This document shows positions 21,194-29,936 of a DNA stretch of 49,885 bases, in pieces (the stretch's first letter is position 1; the number at the start of each line of letters is the position of its first letter). The notes beneath the pieces were generated by a model, which was not told the origin of the DNA, did no database searches, and worked only from the letters and a program-made list of their open reading frames with translations. Origin of the DNA: Minisyncoccota bacterium (lineage in GTDB: Bacteria > Patescibacteriota > Minisyncoccia > Moranbacterales > GCA-2747515); assembly GCA_020629675.1 (NCBI GenBank), contig JAHDCW010000001.1:1-49885 (forward strand). The letters run 5' to 3'. A program made the position numbers and the translations under genes.

Positions 21194-22504
21194 TTAGAGT
21201 TTGCTTTCGTAATTTTCAGCCCAATACAAAACGTTTTCACAGTAAAAACGCGTATTACCAGAGCATGATCCCAAATAGCGAGCTGCCGCCTGCCACTCTC
21301 CCGATTCTGTTCGCGCACCATCATTTGCAAGCTTGAGTGCCATCGCCATGACGCCATCTGTGAGATCCCACGGATCAGGTGGGTTATGTCCAGTATTCGC
21401 TGCTATGCGTGATTGGTATTCAAGCCACGTGTCAGACATAAATTGTGCCACGCCCATAGCGCCGCCCGTACCCGTGTATTGCGATGGTGGACACGACACA
21501 CGCATTTCCGTATGGTCATAGCCCAACTCCTCTGTGATTTGCTTAAATGCTTTTTTACGTCGATCATTCATACGACTTGTCCCATATGTGCATCCTCCCG
21601 TAAATCGTCCGAGGTCAGTTTCCACAATCAGCATCCCCAACAGAAACTCCTTCCGCACTCCTGTCTGACCACTCGCAAAATCTGCAGCTTCTACAATATC
21701 ATCCGTTGTCACACCCACGCCTAACAAAGCTGAAATCTGCGACTGGATCACGCTTAACTTGCGATTCAATTCCGAAAGCTCTGCCTTTGCACTAAGAACC
21801 TCACTTGATGTAAGAGCAGCTGTTTGCGCAAGCGCTGACTCTTTTTCTGAAAAATCTTTTTCTAATTTTTGCTTCTCTACTCGCGCTTGATCAAGCTCAG
21901 CTTTTTTCGCACTCAAATCTCGCTCTTCCTGATCAAGCTCATTCAATACATCAGTAATTGAGCGACGCACTTTTTCCACATCTCCTGACATAAATGCAAC
22001 ACCAGAGCTTACCTCTTCAATCAAATCCACAGAAAGCATGGAAACATACTCCCTATATAAAATACGCACTGATGCTGCCAATGACTCACGACTAATATTG
22101 AGACGCTCACGTACGCGTGCAAGCTCTTTTTCGTTGGTTGCAATCTGCTCTTCTTTTTCTGCAATATCAGCACGCACGTCCTCAAGTGCATAACGCTGCG
22201 TCATCAAAGCATTTCTTTGCACGGCCAAACGCGCTTCTGAATCCACCTTTTTATCACGCGCTTCGTCAATCCTCTCCTTGAGATCTTCTTTATCATCCTC
22301 CAACTCCTTTTGTTTTTCCTTATCTTCTTCAGTCAACTCATCGCTTTGCTCCTCATTGTTCACACCCTCACCTCCACTCTGATCATCCTCTTTGTTTTCA
22401 GCGATCGTTTCTGCTGACTCCTCTGCATAAACAAAATGTGGCACACTCAAAAAAATTGCACCTAAAGCACCAAAAAAGAAAGCTATGTACACAAAATACT
22501 TCAT
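21194..22504 (-). CDS. Coiled-coil protein with C-terminal lytic murein transglycosylase domain
   Basis: Signal/TM, long coiled coil, catalytic VETDLG, GAMGVAQFMSDTW and PDPW. Confidence 0.85.
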   Translation of the reverse strand: MKYFVYIAFFFGALGAIFLSVPHFVYAEESAETIAENKEDDQSGGEGVNNEEQSDELTEEDKEKQKELEDDKEDLKERIDEARDKKVDSEARLAVQRNALMTQRYALEDVRADIAEKEEQIATNEKELARVRERLNISRESLAASVRILYREYVSMLSVDLIEEVSSGVAFMSGDVEKVRRSITDVLNELDQEERDLSAKKAELDQARVEKQKLEKDFSEKESALAQTAALTSSEVLSAKAELSELNRKLSVIQSQISALLGVGVTTDDIVEAADFASGQTGVRKEFLLGMLIVETDLGRFTGGCTYGTSRMNDRRKKAFKQITEELGYDHTEMRVSCPPSQYTGTGGAMGVAQFMSDTWLEYQSRIAANTGHNPPDPWDLTDGVMAMALKLANDGARTESGEWQAAARYLGSCSGNTRFYCENVLYWAENYESKL

Positions 22505-22522
22505 GACGGCATTATATCATGA

Positions 22523-22551
22523 AGACCACTTCCCGCGGTGGAAAGTGGTCT
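22523..22551. terminator. Hairpin after rplY (probable terminator)
   Basis: AGACCACTT/AAGTGGTCT stem; weak U tract. Confidence 0.5.
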
Positions 22552-22581
22552 ATGACATTTTCTATGCTGTTTCTAATACTG

Positions 22582-23193
22582 CTATTCAGCAGACTCAGCT
22601 TCAGGAGCCTCTTCAGCTTCAGGTGCTGATTCTTCCTCTTGTTTTCGTGGCGCTGAAACACTCACAGCGACTGCAGTAGCATCAGTCAAAACCTCAATAT
22701 TTTTATCAATTGTGAGATCCGCCACTGTAATACGATCTTCAAAAGTCTCAATCGTAGAAATATCTACAGTAATTTCATGCACGAGGTCGCCCGGCAAAGC
22801 TTTCACTGCAACAGACTCCAGCGTACTAAGTGTACCACCCAGGTTTTTAACTGCTAGTGACTCCCCCTCTGTCACGATCGGGATATGTGTCTCCACCTTC
22901 TCATCCATACGCACATGGAAGAAGTCAACATGCGTAAACTGATTAGACACAGGATCCACCTGATAATCATGAATCAGCGCTTGAAATTTTTCACCACCAT
23001 CCACATCAATTGTCACAACCGTATTCGTACCTGATTTTTCAAAAGTATGCATCAAAAGCGTCGCGTCAACCCACACATTCTGTGCATCAAAGCCATGTCC
23101 GTAGATAACCGCAGGTACATTACTCACCTCTTCGCGGCGCACTTTTCGCCCGGTAACGTCTCGCTTTGAGACGGATAATTCTATTTTTTCCAT
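22582..23193 (-). CDS. rplY: 50S ribosomal protein L25 (Ctc type)
   Basis: VPAVIYGHG, QVDPVS...HVDF, KALPGDL...I.VDIS and an acidic tail. Confidence 0.95.
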   Translation of the reverse strand: MEKIELSVSKRDVTGRKVRREEVSNVPAVIYGHGFDAQNVWVDATLLMHTFEKSGTNTVVTIDVDGGEKFQALIHDYQVDPVSNQFTHVDFFHVRMDEKVETHIPIVTEGESLAVKNLGGTLSTLESVAVKALPGDLVHEITVDISTIETFEDRITVADLTIDKNIEVLTDATAVAVSVSAPRKQEEESAPEAEEAPEAESAE

Positions 23194-23227
23194 ATTACTA
23201 ATATTCTGATTAATTTAATCACACAGC

Positions 23228-23554
23228 TTAGATGCCAGGCTCTTGCGCACACCTCTCATACTCTTCGTGAAAATAGCGATACGCAGCAATCACATCATCA
23301 CTATCAATCGCCTTTTGCTGCATCATGTCTAGTGCCTCATGCGCATGCATATCAGTCATCATACCGAAAGTGACCATACCTGCCTCACTCTCTGCGCTGT
23401 ACGCCATAACCTTATGCTGACATTTTTCGCATGCGATATGCATAATAGCACGGTCTCGCGTTGAGCCAATCGATGACACCGTCAATTCATCGCTTTGCGC
23501 ATTACACACAGGACAGCTCTGTGACGTACCATTGTGCTGAACACTATTTTCCAT
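23228..23554 (-). CDS. Hypothetical Zn-ribbon protein
   Basis: CPVC...HIACEKC and a C-terminal IDSDDVI motif. Confidence 0.7.
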   Translation of the reverse strand: MENSVQHNGTSQSCPVCNAQSDELTVSSIGSTRDRAIMHIACEKCQHKVMAYSAESEAGMVTFGMMTDMHAHEALDMMQQKAIDSDDVIAAYRYFHEEYERCAQEPGI

Positions 23555-23603
23555 ATGGGAGCTATTTTAATATGTTTTATCACTTTTGACAACCCTCTTC
23601 TTC

Positions 23604-24434
23604 CTAACGATAATTACTCTGATCCGTAAAATCACCAACATCGATACCGCTCGCATTTATAAAATTCTCCGAATCATACACATCAACCTCAACATCAATG
23701 TCAATATCGCTAATCACGCCATCAAAGGGATATGTCCAATTTAAGCGGAAGTCACGTTGCTCAAATGCACGAAAGGCACCTATGCGTGTTTTATTTACTG
23801 CAATTGGTTGTCCGATCTCATTACGTAAAATCACGAGCGCATCAACTGCTGCAAAGTCATAAGGGCTGCGATTATGTACAACACCAAACGCCTCTGCAAA
23901 ATCAATACCAGCCTGCACCTTACCATAGCTCTCTCCTGAGACGATAAAATCTGGATCTACAATATTCTCAAACCGCACCCACTCTACATCAGAAATTTCC
24001 ATACTTACCTTTTTAGGCTCTACTGAGCTGCTGATGTTCAACTCTGCCACAAAGCGATCCTGCTGCGGTAAGATGAGGCTGGTACCAGCTCTTTGCGCAA
24101 CTCTTTGATTGCTCCCATCATAAAGAGTGATTGTATAGTAAAATCGCGAAGCCCCAAGCAATGGATTAGGATTAGACACCTCAGCCACAACATCATACAC
24201 ACCCGGACCACCTCGCATGACAGCCGTACTTGTAATGTCCATCTTTTCTGGTTTTATGGGTTCTTCGCATGCCGCACATACACCACCGCAATCCACACCT
24301 TCTTCATTTTGATTTTGGCGACCATCAAAACATGATGCTGGTGGTCGGTTGGTCCAATACATGCAACCTGCAATACTTAAAAAAATTGCAAGATAAACAC
24401 ACAGGATCACTATTCTCTTTATTGTTCGTGTCAT
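23604..24434 (-). CDS. Membrane-anchored hypothetical protein with a Cys motif and Ig-like domains
   Basis: N-terminal TM, CFDGRQNQNEEGVDCGGVCAAC, then beta-rich domains (NPNP; G.V.NRSPYDF). Confidence 0.75.
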   Translation of the reverse strand: MTRTIKRIVILCVYLAIFLSIAGCMYWTNRPPASCFDGRQNQNEEGVDCGGVCAACEEPIKPEKMDITSTAVMRGGPGVYDVVAEVSNPNPLLGASRFYYTITLYDGSNQRVAQRAGTSLILPQQDRFVAELNISSSVEPKKVSMEISDVEWVRFENIVDPDFIVSGESYGKVQAGIDFAEAFGVVHNRSPYDFAAVDALVILRNEIGQPIAVNKTRIGAFRAFEQRDFRLNWTYPFDGVISDIDIDVEVDVYDSENFINASGIDVGDFTDQSNYR

Positions 24435-24469
24435 ATTAGTATTATAATCTGCCTACGTTATTTCGCAAA

Positions 24470-24913
24470 TCATCTTATCCATAAGGACGCATAATCACCC
24501 ACTTCCACGCCCCATGCTCCAGCTGATCCTGCAGGCAACTCCAAAACACCCTCTATTTTTTGACCAGCCTCATAGAGCACTGTAGGTGTAAGGTGGGACA
24601 CGTCATGGTCTATATGGACGATACGCCCACCCCTAACCCATATTATATCAATATCAAAACGCATATCCTTCATCCAAAATCGCGGCTCTTGCAACGTTTT
24701 AAAGTCAAAATACATCCCACAGCGTCCACACAAACGATCACGACCGCCAAGCCCGCGCGCAAACTCCCCTTCTGTCACAGGAAGCTCCACGAAGACGAGT
24801 TGACCATCAACGACAAAAGGTGACCACCGCAAAAAACCTCCCACAAACAAGAAGCATGCAGCAAACATCAACGCAGTGACAAAAATGACTATTTTTTTAT
24901 GAAATGGATTCAT
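24470..24913 (-). CDS. DUF192 family protein
   Basis: RGLGGR...GMYFDF...FWMKDMRFDIDIIW...VLELPAG. Confidence 0.9.
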   Translation of the reverse strand: MNPFHKKIVIFVTALMFAACFLFVGGFLRWSPFVVDGQLVFVELPVTEGEFARGLGGRDRLCGRCGMYFDFKTLQEPRFWMKDMRFDIDIIWVRGGRIVHIDHDVSHLTPTVLYEAGQKIEGVLELPAGSAGAWGVEVGDYASLWIR

Positions 24914-25919
24914 TTTTATTTTTACTTAGATAAGTGCTAAACGAAAGTACGCTAAAAATAAACACTGCATAAAATGCGAGAAAGAAAAACTTATATGCGC
25001 CCTGAAAAAAAGCTGCTGCTGTAGCACCTAGAACCGTCACACCCAAATACACAGTAACAACCCTTTCCTTTGTCCACCCAGATCGCAGTAAATGATAGTG
25101 CAGGTGACGCTCATCTGCTCGAAAGATGTTAACCCCTTCTCTTAATCGTTGCCAAATCACGTAGACAAAATCACATAATGGAATCAGCAGAACAGCCAAC
25201 ATCGTCCCCACTTTCCCACCGGCAAAAATTGCCATAAACGCCAGCATAAAGCCAATGATATACGAGCCGCTTGTGCCGAGCATCATACTACGCCCAAATA
25301 CATTAAAACATGTAAATACGAAAAGCGCCCCCATCATAATTACAGCAACAATCGCAAGTGGCGGCTGATAAACATGATCTGAAAGCGCAACAATAAAAAG
25401 CGCACCGAAAGCGATCACCCCTATCCCACCAGCAAGACCATCAACACCATCACACCAGTTATACGCATTTACAATCACGAGAACCCAGAGAGCCGTTAAA
25501 CCAGCCAACAAAAGAGACTGTACAGCGCCTGAAACAAGTCCAGTAAGAAAACTATACTCAATCCTAAAGCCAGCAGCTACTATAATTCCAGCAAGGAGGA
25601 CTTGTACCGCAATTTGTGAACGCCATGACTGTGGCCTTACATCATCATAAAGTCCATAAAGAAGTGCGCTACCTATTACTACAATAAAGACGAACCACGC
25701 CTGATCAATAATGAGCGTTGGATGCAATAACATACTCACAATCACAGTTACTCCCACCACAAGCCCACCAATTCGAAGCATTTCTCGCCGTGCATAGCGA
25801 TGCCGCAAACCGGTACGGTTAAGGTGTGGATTTAACCTCGAACCAATACACAGCGGTAGAAATATCGCTCCTACTATGGCGATCACCAAACTCAAAATCA
25901 GCGCAATAATGTATTCCAT
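24897..25919 (-). CDS. MraY/WecA/TagO family undecaprenyl-phosphate GlcNAc-1-phosphate transferase
   Basis: Multi-TM; GLYDD, NAYNWCDGVDGL, MLGTSGS and DERHLHY motifs. Confidence 0.9.
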   Translation of the reverse strand: MEYIIALILSLVIAIVGAIFLPLCIGSRLNPHLNRTGLRHRYARREMLRIGGLVVGVTVIVSMLLHPTLIIDQAWFVFIVVIGSALLYGLYDDVRPQSWRSQIAVQVLLAGIIVAAGFRIEYSFLTGLVSGAVQSLLLAGLTALWVLVIVNAYNWCDGVDGLAGGIGVIAFGALFIVALSDHVYQPPLAIVAVIMMGALFVFTCFNVFGRSMMLGTSGSYIIGFMLAFMAIFAGGKVGTMLAVLLIPLCDFVYVIWQRLREGVNIFRADERHLHYHLLRSGWTKERVVTVYLGVTVLGATAAAFFQGAYKFFFLAFYAVFIFSVLSFSTYLSKNKNESIS

Positions 25920-25955
25920 AAAAATGCATCCCCTACGAGTACTCCGACTACCCCA

Positions 25956-27662
25956 CTACTTCAATCCTGTTTTTTTGATGACTTTTTCAGTAACCCAAAA
26001 CTCTGTAAAATATTTCTTTAGCAGGATGCGTGTTTGTGACTCAATCGCAGGCAACGCACCTAGAAGCGGCGCAATAATCGGCACCAAAAACCATTGCGTG
26101 GCCATATAAATATATTTTTTGCGGGAATGATGTTCTGGTCGTGGTGGCAAAAGCAGGAATGAAAGCCCAATCGAAATAATCAAACCGCCCATCGCCATCG
26201 TCATCAGTGTACGCGTCACTATCGGTAAATTACTTGCAATCGTCAGCTGACGAAACTCTGCTCCACCAAAAATCAACGGTAACCACCCTAAGAGCGCAAG
26301 CATAAGTGGCGCTGTCGCCCATGAGTGATGACCCTCAAGCATCTCGAAAGCGATCTTGAGCTTTTCGCGTAAGTAGATCTTTTGATTTGACCAGATTGCA
26401 CGCATAATAATTGGGAAGTTTTCAATACCATACGCCCAACGGCGCTTTTGCTTGTACTGATTGACAACTGTCCCCCAATACGATGAAGCAAGCACGGCAT
26501 CCATCGATACAGGTGTATACAGTGGCTTTACTGCATAATCACCATTGAAATATGAATACCCCTTCCAATAAATAATCGAGTCCTCGCTGATCATGTTCAC
26601 TGGCCAAAAATTAACCTTTACCAGCGTATCAAACGGTTCTGCATGTGATGAAAAAGTCACCATCTCACGACGCGTACTTTGAAACATGTGCCAAAAAGAA
26701 GAGCTTGTTACAATCACACGCACAAAAGCATTAGTGTCCCAAAGGTTGTTATGATATAGCGGAATCGGTTGATATGCCCTCTGGAGGCGATCCTTTTCTG
26801 TGATGTAAGCATATGTAAGTGCCCCAAAATACTCCGGATGCGCAACGCTTTCACAGTCAAAATTAGAAAGTACCACACGCTTATAATCAACCTCTCGATC
26901 ATCAAGATACTTTTGTAGCTTTTTAGCAGCATAGGTAGTATTAGAAGCCTTACATTTCATTTCACCATCCGCAACTTTATGGACAGATACAATAAAGTCT
27001 TGAAATACACCAGCATATTTTTGACGTAGTGTATTAACCTTATGTTCGCGCTTTTCCGGATCTTCTCGCTCCTCTGTTGCCAAGAGAATGATAATTTTCT
27101 CATTTGGATAGTGACTGCTCTTAATTGCCGCAAGAGCTGGATCGATATTTTCTGGGCCCTCTGTCGCCGTTGGCAGCATCACCACATGCACAACATCCTC
27201 CCACGGCATCATGTCTTCCTGTTTAAAAGTTGCCAATTCTTTAGTTAGCTCCTTGTCTTGCTTGATTTCTCGACGCAGTGTTTTGCGCTCATGTGCAAAA
27301 GGCGTCTTGCGGAGTAACTTTTTATTTGTTTTGATGCGTGTAAATACCTCTTTTTGATAGGCCACGAGATCAGCCACACCCTCGATCCGTGCAAACCAAT
27401 CAATCTTTTGATCATTTTTCAATCGTCGGTACGCTTTGATTGAATAGTATGAGATAAAAATCGTGCGGTGAATCCAGTAAATATCAAACGCAATTATAAA
27501 GATAGCCACAGCAATCGGCGTAAAGATTGAAAAGACCACCATCCCAATCAACGTCGCCCACGTCAAGATCGCAGGAATTACTTCCAGCAGGCGCTGATCA
27601 CGTCTCTCCTTTTTTGTCTTTGGCTGCGGCGAAGGAAATGAAAAAGGTATTTTATTTTTCAT
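25956..27662 (-). CDS. Membrane glycosyltransferase family 2
   Basis: KASN, FDCES (DxD-like), ISEDS and QKRRW (QxxRW); N- and C-terminal TMs. Confidence 0.88.
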   Translation of the reverse strand: MKNKIPFSFPSPQPKTKKERRDQRLLEVIPAILTWATLIGMVVFSIFTPIAVAIFIIAFDIYWIHRTIFISYYSIKAYRRLKNDQKIDWFARIEGVADLVAYQKEVFTRIKTNKKLLRKTPFAHERKTLRREIKQDKELTKELATFKQEDMMPWEDVVHVVMLPTATEGPENIDPALAAIKSSHYPNEKIIILLATEEREDPEKREHKVNTLRQKYAGVFQDFIVSVHKVADGEMKCKASNTTYAAKKLQKYLDDREVDYKRVVLSNFDCESVAHPEYFGALTYAYITEKDRLQRAYQPIPLYHNNLWDTNAFVRVIVTSSSFWHMFQSTRREMVTFSSHAEPFDTLVKVNFWPVNMISEDSIIYWKGYSYFNGDYAVKPLYTPVSMDAVLASSYWGTVVNQYKQKRRWAYGIENFPIIMRAIWSNQKIYLREKLKIAFEMLEGHHSWATAPLMLALLGWLPLIFGGAEFRQLTIASNLPIVTRTLMTMAMGGLIISIGLSFLLLPPRPEHHSRKKYIYMATQWFLVPIIAPLLGALPAIESQTRILLKKYFTEFWVTEKVIKKTGLK

Positions 27663-27721
27663 AAGAAATATAATCGATATACTTCTTATTATACGACCAA
27701 TTCACAATTACCAAAAGAGTA

Positions 27722-28105
27722 TTACGCATTATTGAGAACGAGCGAGATGCACATCACCACAAAAGCAAGTACAACCAAAAAGGTACCAATCAGAATAATG
27801 TGTGCAGCTACACGCTCTTGCCGGCGATAAAATACACTAGCAATATAGTAATTAAGAGCACTTTGTAATATCAAAACACAAGCGATAATATATGGACTCC
27901 ACCATGGAGCGCGCGCGCTTACACCAAAGTAAACGTTATATTGCAACTTCAGCTCTTTAGCATCACCACCAAAAAAATATAAGATCGCAACTGCTACCAC
28001 AAATACAAGCACGGTCGCAATAAAAATCCACTGCGTCACAGGACTATACCATAGTGCCGCAGCCTTATGCTCTTCACTTTTAGCAAATAAAATAGGATTT
28101 TTCAT
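27722..28105 (-). CDS. Hypothetical three-TM membrane protein
   Basis: Three hydrophobic segments and a loop LQYNVYFGV. Confidence 0.7.
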   Translation of the reverse strand: MKNPILFAKSEEHKAAALWYSPVTQWIFIATVLVFVVAVAILYFFGGDAKELKLQYNVYFGVSARAPWWSPYIIACVLILQSALNYYIASVFYRRQERVAAHIILIGTFLVVLAFVVMCISLVLNNA

Positions 28106-28109
28106 ATAT

Positions 28110-29213
28110 TTAATCTTGGGCGTGCGGCCGCTCTATTTTCTCAGGTATAATTTCACGATCCTCACGGTCTGTAATGCGCATCACATCACGATCGACCTTA
28201 CCAAGCTCCGCATATGCATTATTAAAATGATTCACTGTCGTGCTCATCGACTTGCCTAGTTTTGCCATATGGACATCATGCGCGTTCCAGTGCTTAGAAA
28301 GCTCTTCAACGCGCTTCTTGATCTGCCTTGCATTATCCTCGATCTCAAGTGCGCGCAAACCTTGAAGTACAGTCTGCAAATAAGCTAAAAAGGATGTCGG
28401 GGAAACAATCACCACACTCTTATCACGAAATGCGTACTCTATCATATTTTGTGTCTGGATGGAAGCAGTCCCCACACGTCCCACGAGAAGATCATAATAA
28501 ATAGCCTCTGAGGGAATAAACATAAATGCAAAATCCATCGTGTCCTCCTCGGGGCGAATGTATTTTGCTGTTTCATCAATGCGCTTTTTTACATCTGCTT
28601 TAAACTGCTTTTCATAGCGTTCTTTGAGATCCTCATTTGGCGCATTAAGAAGTCGCTCATAGTTCTCTAGAGAAAATTTGGAGTCAACAGGAATGATCTT
28701 ATCTTTGACAAACAGTGCTGCATCCACGATATTGCCATCTGCAAACGCATACTGCACCTTATAAGCATCGGGTGGTAACACATTCCCAAGGACATGCTCA
28801 AGGATAAATTCCCCCAGAACACCGCGTTGCTTAGGACTACGCAAAATATCCTGCAAACCTTGTAACTGCTCTGAAAAATCAACGATCTTTTGATTGGTTT
28901 TATCAAGTGAGCCAAGCTTCTCTGAAACATGCTCAATAAGTCGATCAGACTTTTTCGTGATATCGCCGATGATTTCACGTGCCTCACTAAATTGATGTTG
29001 CCCTGCCCTATGAAAGCTCTCGAGTTTTGTGTCTACGTCTGAGCGCATTTTTTCCTGTGTGGAGCCGATGTGAAGTAGCTTCTCATTTAACTGCTCCAAG
29101 CGATCCTCTGACTCTCGTCCTTTGAGAATTTTAAGCACAAACCAAATCAAAACAACCAACAGCAATACAATTGCTACCAATAACATCTCAATCAGTCCAC
29201 CATTTAGCTCCAT
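28110..29213 (-). CDS. rmuC: DNA recombination protein RmuC
   Basis: N-terminal TM, coiled coil, KQRGVLGE, VDSKF, KYI.P..T.DFA.MFIPSE and VSPT. Confidence 0.93.
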   Translation of the reverse strand: MELNGGLIEMLLVAIVLLLVVLIWFVLKILKGRESEDRLEQLNEKLLHIGSTQEKMRSDVDTKLESFHRAGQHQFSEAREIIGDITKKSDRLIEHVSEKLGSLDKTNQKIVDFSEQLQGLQDILRSPKQRGVLGEFILEHVLGNVLPPDAYKVQYAFADGNIVDAALFVKDKIIPVDSKFSLENYERLLNAPNEDLKERYEKQFKADVKKRIDETAKYIRPEEDTMDFAFMFIPSEAIYYDLLVGRVGTASIQTQNMIEYAFRDKSVVIVSPTSFLAYLQTVLQGLRALEIEDNARQIKKRVEELSKHWNAHDVHMAKLGKSMSTTVNHFNNAYAELGKVDRDVMRITDREDREIIPEKIERPHAQD

Positions 29214-29215
29214 GG

Positions 29216-29848
29216 TTATTTTTTCTTTTTCTGTAGATTAATCAGAAATTCCGTTTTTTCTGGCACCTTGTTAATAATCATATCATGCGGCCCAGTCATA
29301 AAATCAATAATAAATCGATCCATCATTTCCAAGCGATACAAAAAATCTTCTGTCGACATCGTCGAGTAGCGTACCTCATGTCCAATTTCTGCCTCAATAC
29401 GCGCTATTTTTTCATTCAATGCAGGTCGCTTTACATTATTCCCAACAACCAGCAAATCAATTTCTGCATGAGGATAATTCATAAAAACGCCGCTGATCGC
29501 CACAAGTTGCAGCGACCCCAACTTCTTCATATTCTGCACCTCACTACAATGAGGATAAACATTTGATTTTACAAAAAGATTACGCAGTTCATTATAATAA
29601 GGAAATTGCTCATCTACACCGTAGACTTTTTGTCGACGTGCCACGTCCTCTTTTAAAAGACCTAGCTTAGTGAGCATTGTCACCGCCTTGCGGACACGAT
29701 CAGCCTCGAGACGCGTTTTTTCACGCACGTCTTTGAGTGTAAATTTACTGCCAGGGTTTAAGATGAAAAAGCGCATGATACGCGCTTTTTCCTTGGAACC
29801 AAAAAGTGTCGTCAATACATCTGCCATATGAGTAGTTTGTTCCTCCAC
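29216..29848 (-). CDS. Winged-helix plus nucleotidyltransferase-like putative regulator (start GTG 29848 or ATG 29827)
   Basis: LFGSK..ARIM..F N-terminal HTH; C-terminal SGVF...IDLLVVG. Confidence 0.7.
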   Translation of the reverse strand: MEEQTTHMADVLTTLFGSKEKARIMRFFILNPGSKFTLKDVREKTRLEADRVRKAVTMLTKLGLLKEDVARRQKVYGVDEQFPYYNELRNLFVKSNVYPHCSEVQNMKKLGSLQLVAISGVFMNYPHAEIDLLVVGNNVKRPALNEKIARIEAEIGHEVRYSTMSTEDFLYRLEMMDRFIIDFMTGPHDMIINKVPEKTEFLINLQKKKK

Positions 29849-29936
29849 GAGTTTTCTCCATCATACTATAGATTTAACCAAAGAGCCAAAATAATACAAA
29901 AACTTTGATTTTTGTTCATATTTTTTAGCCATCACA

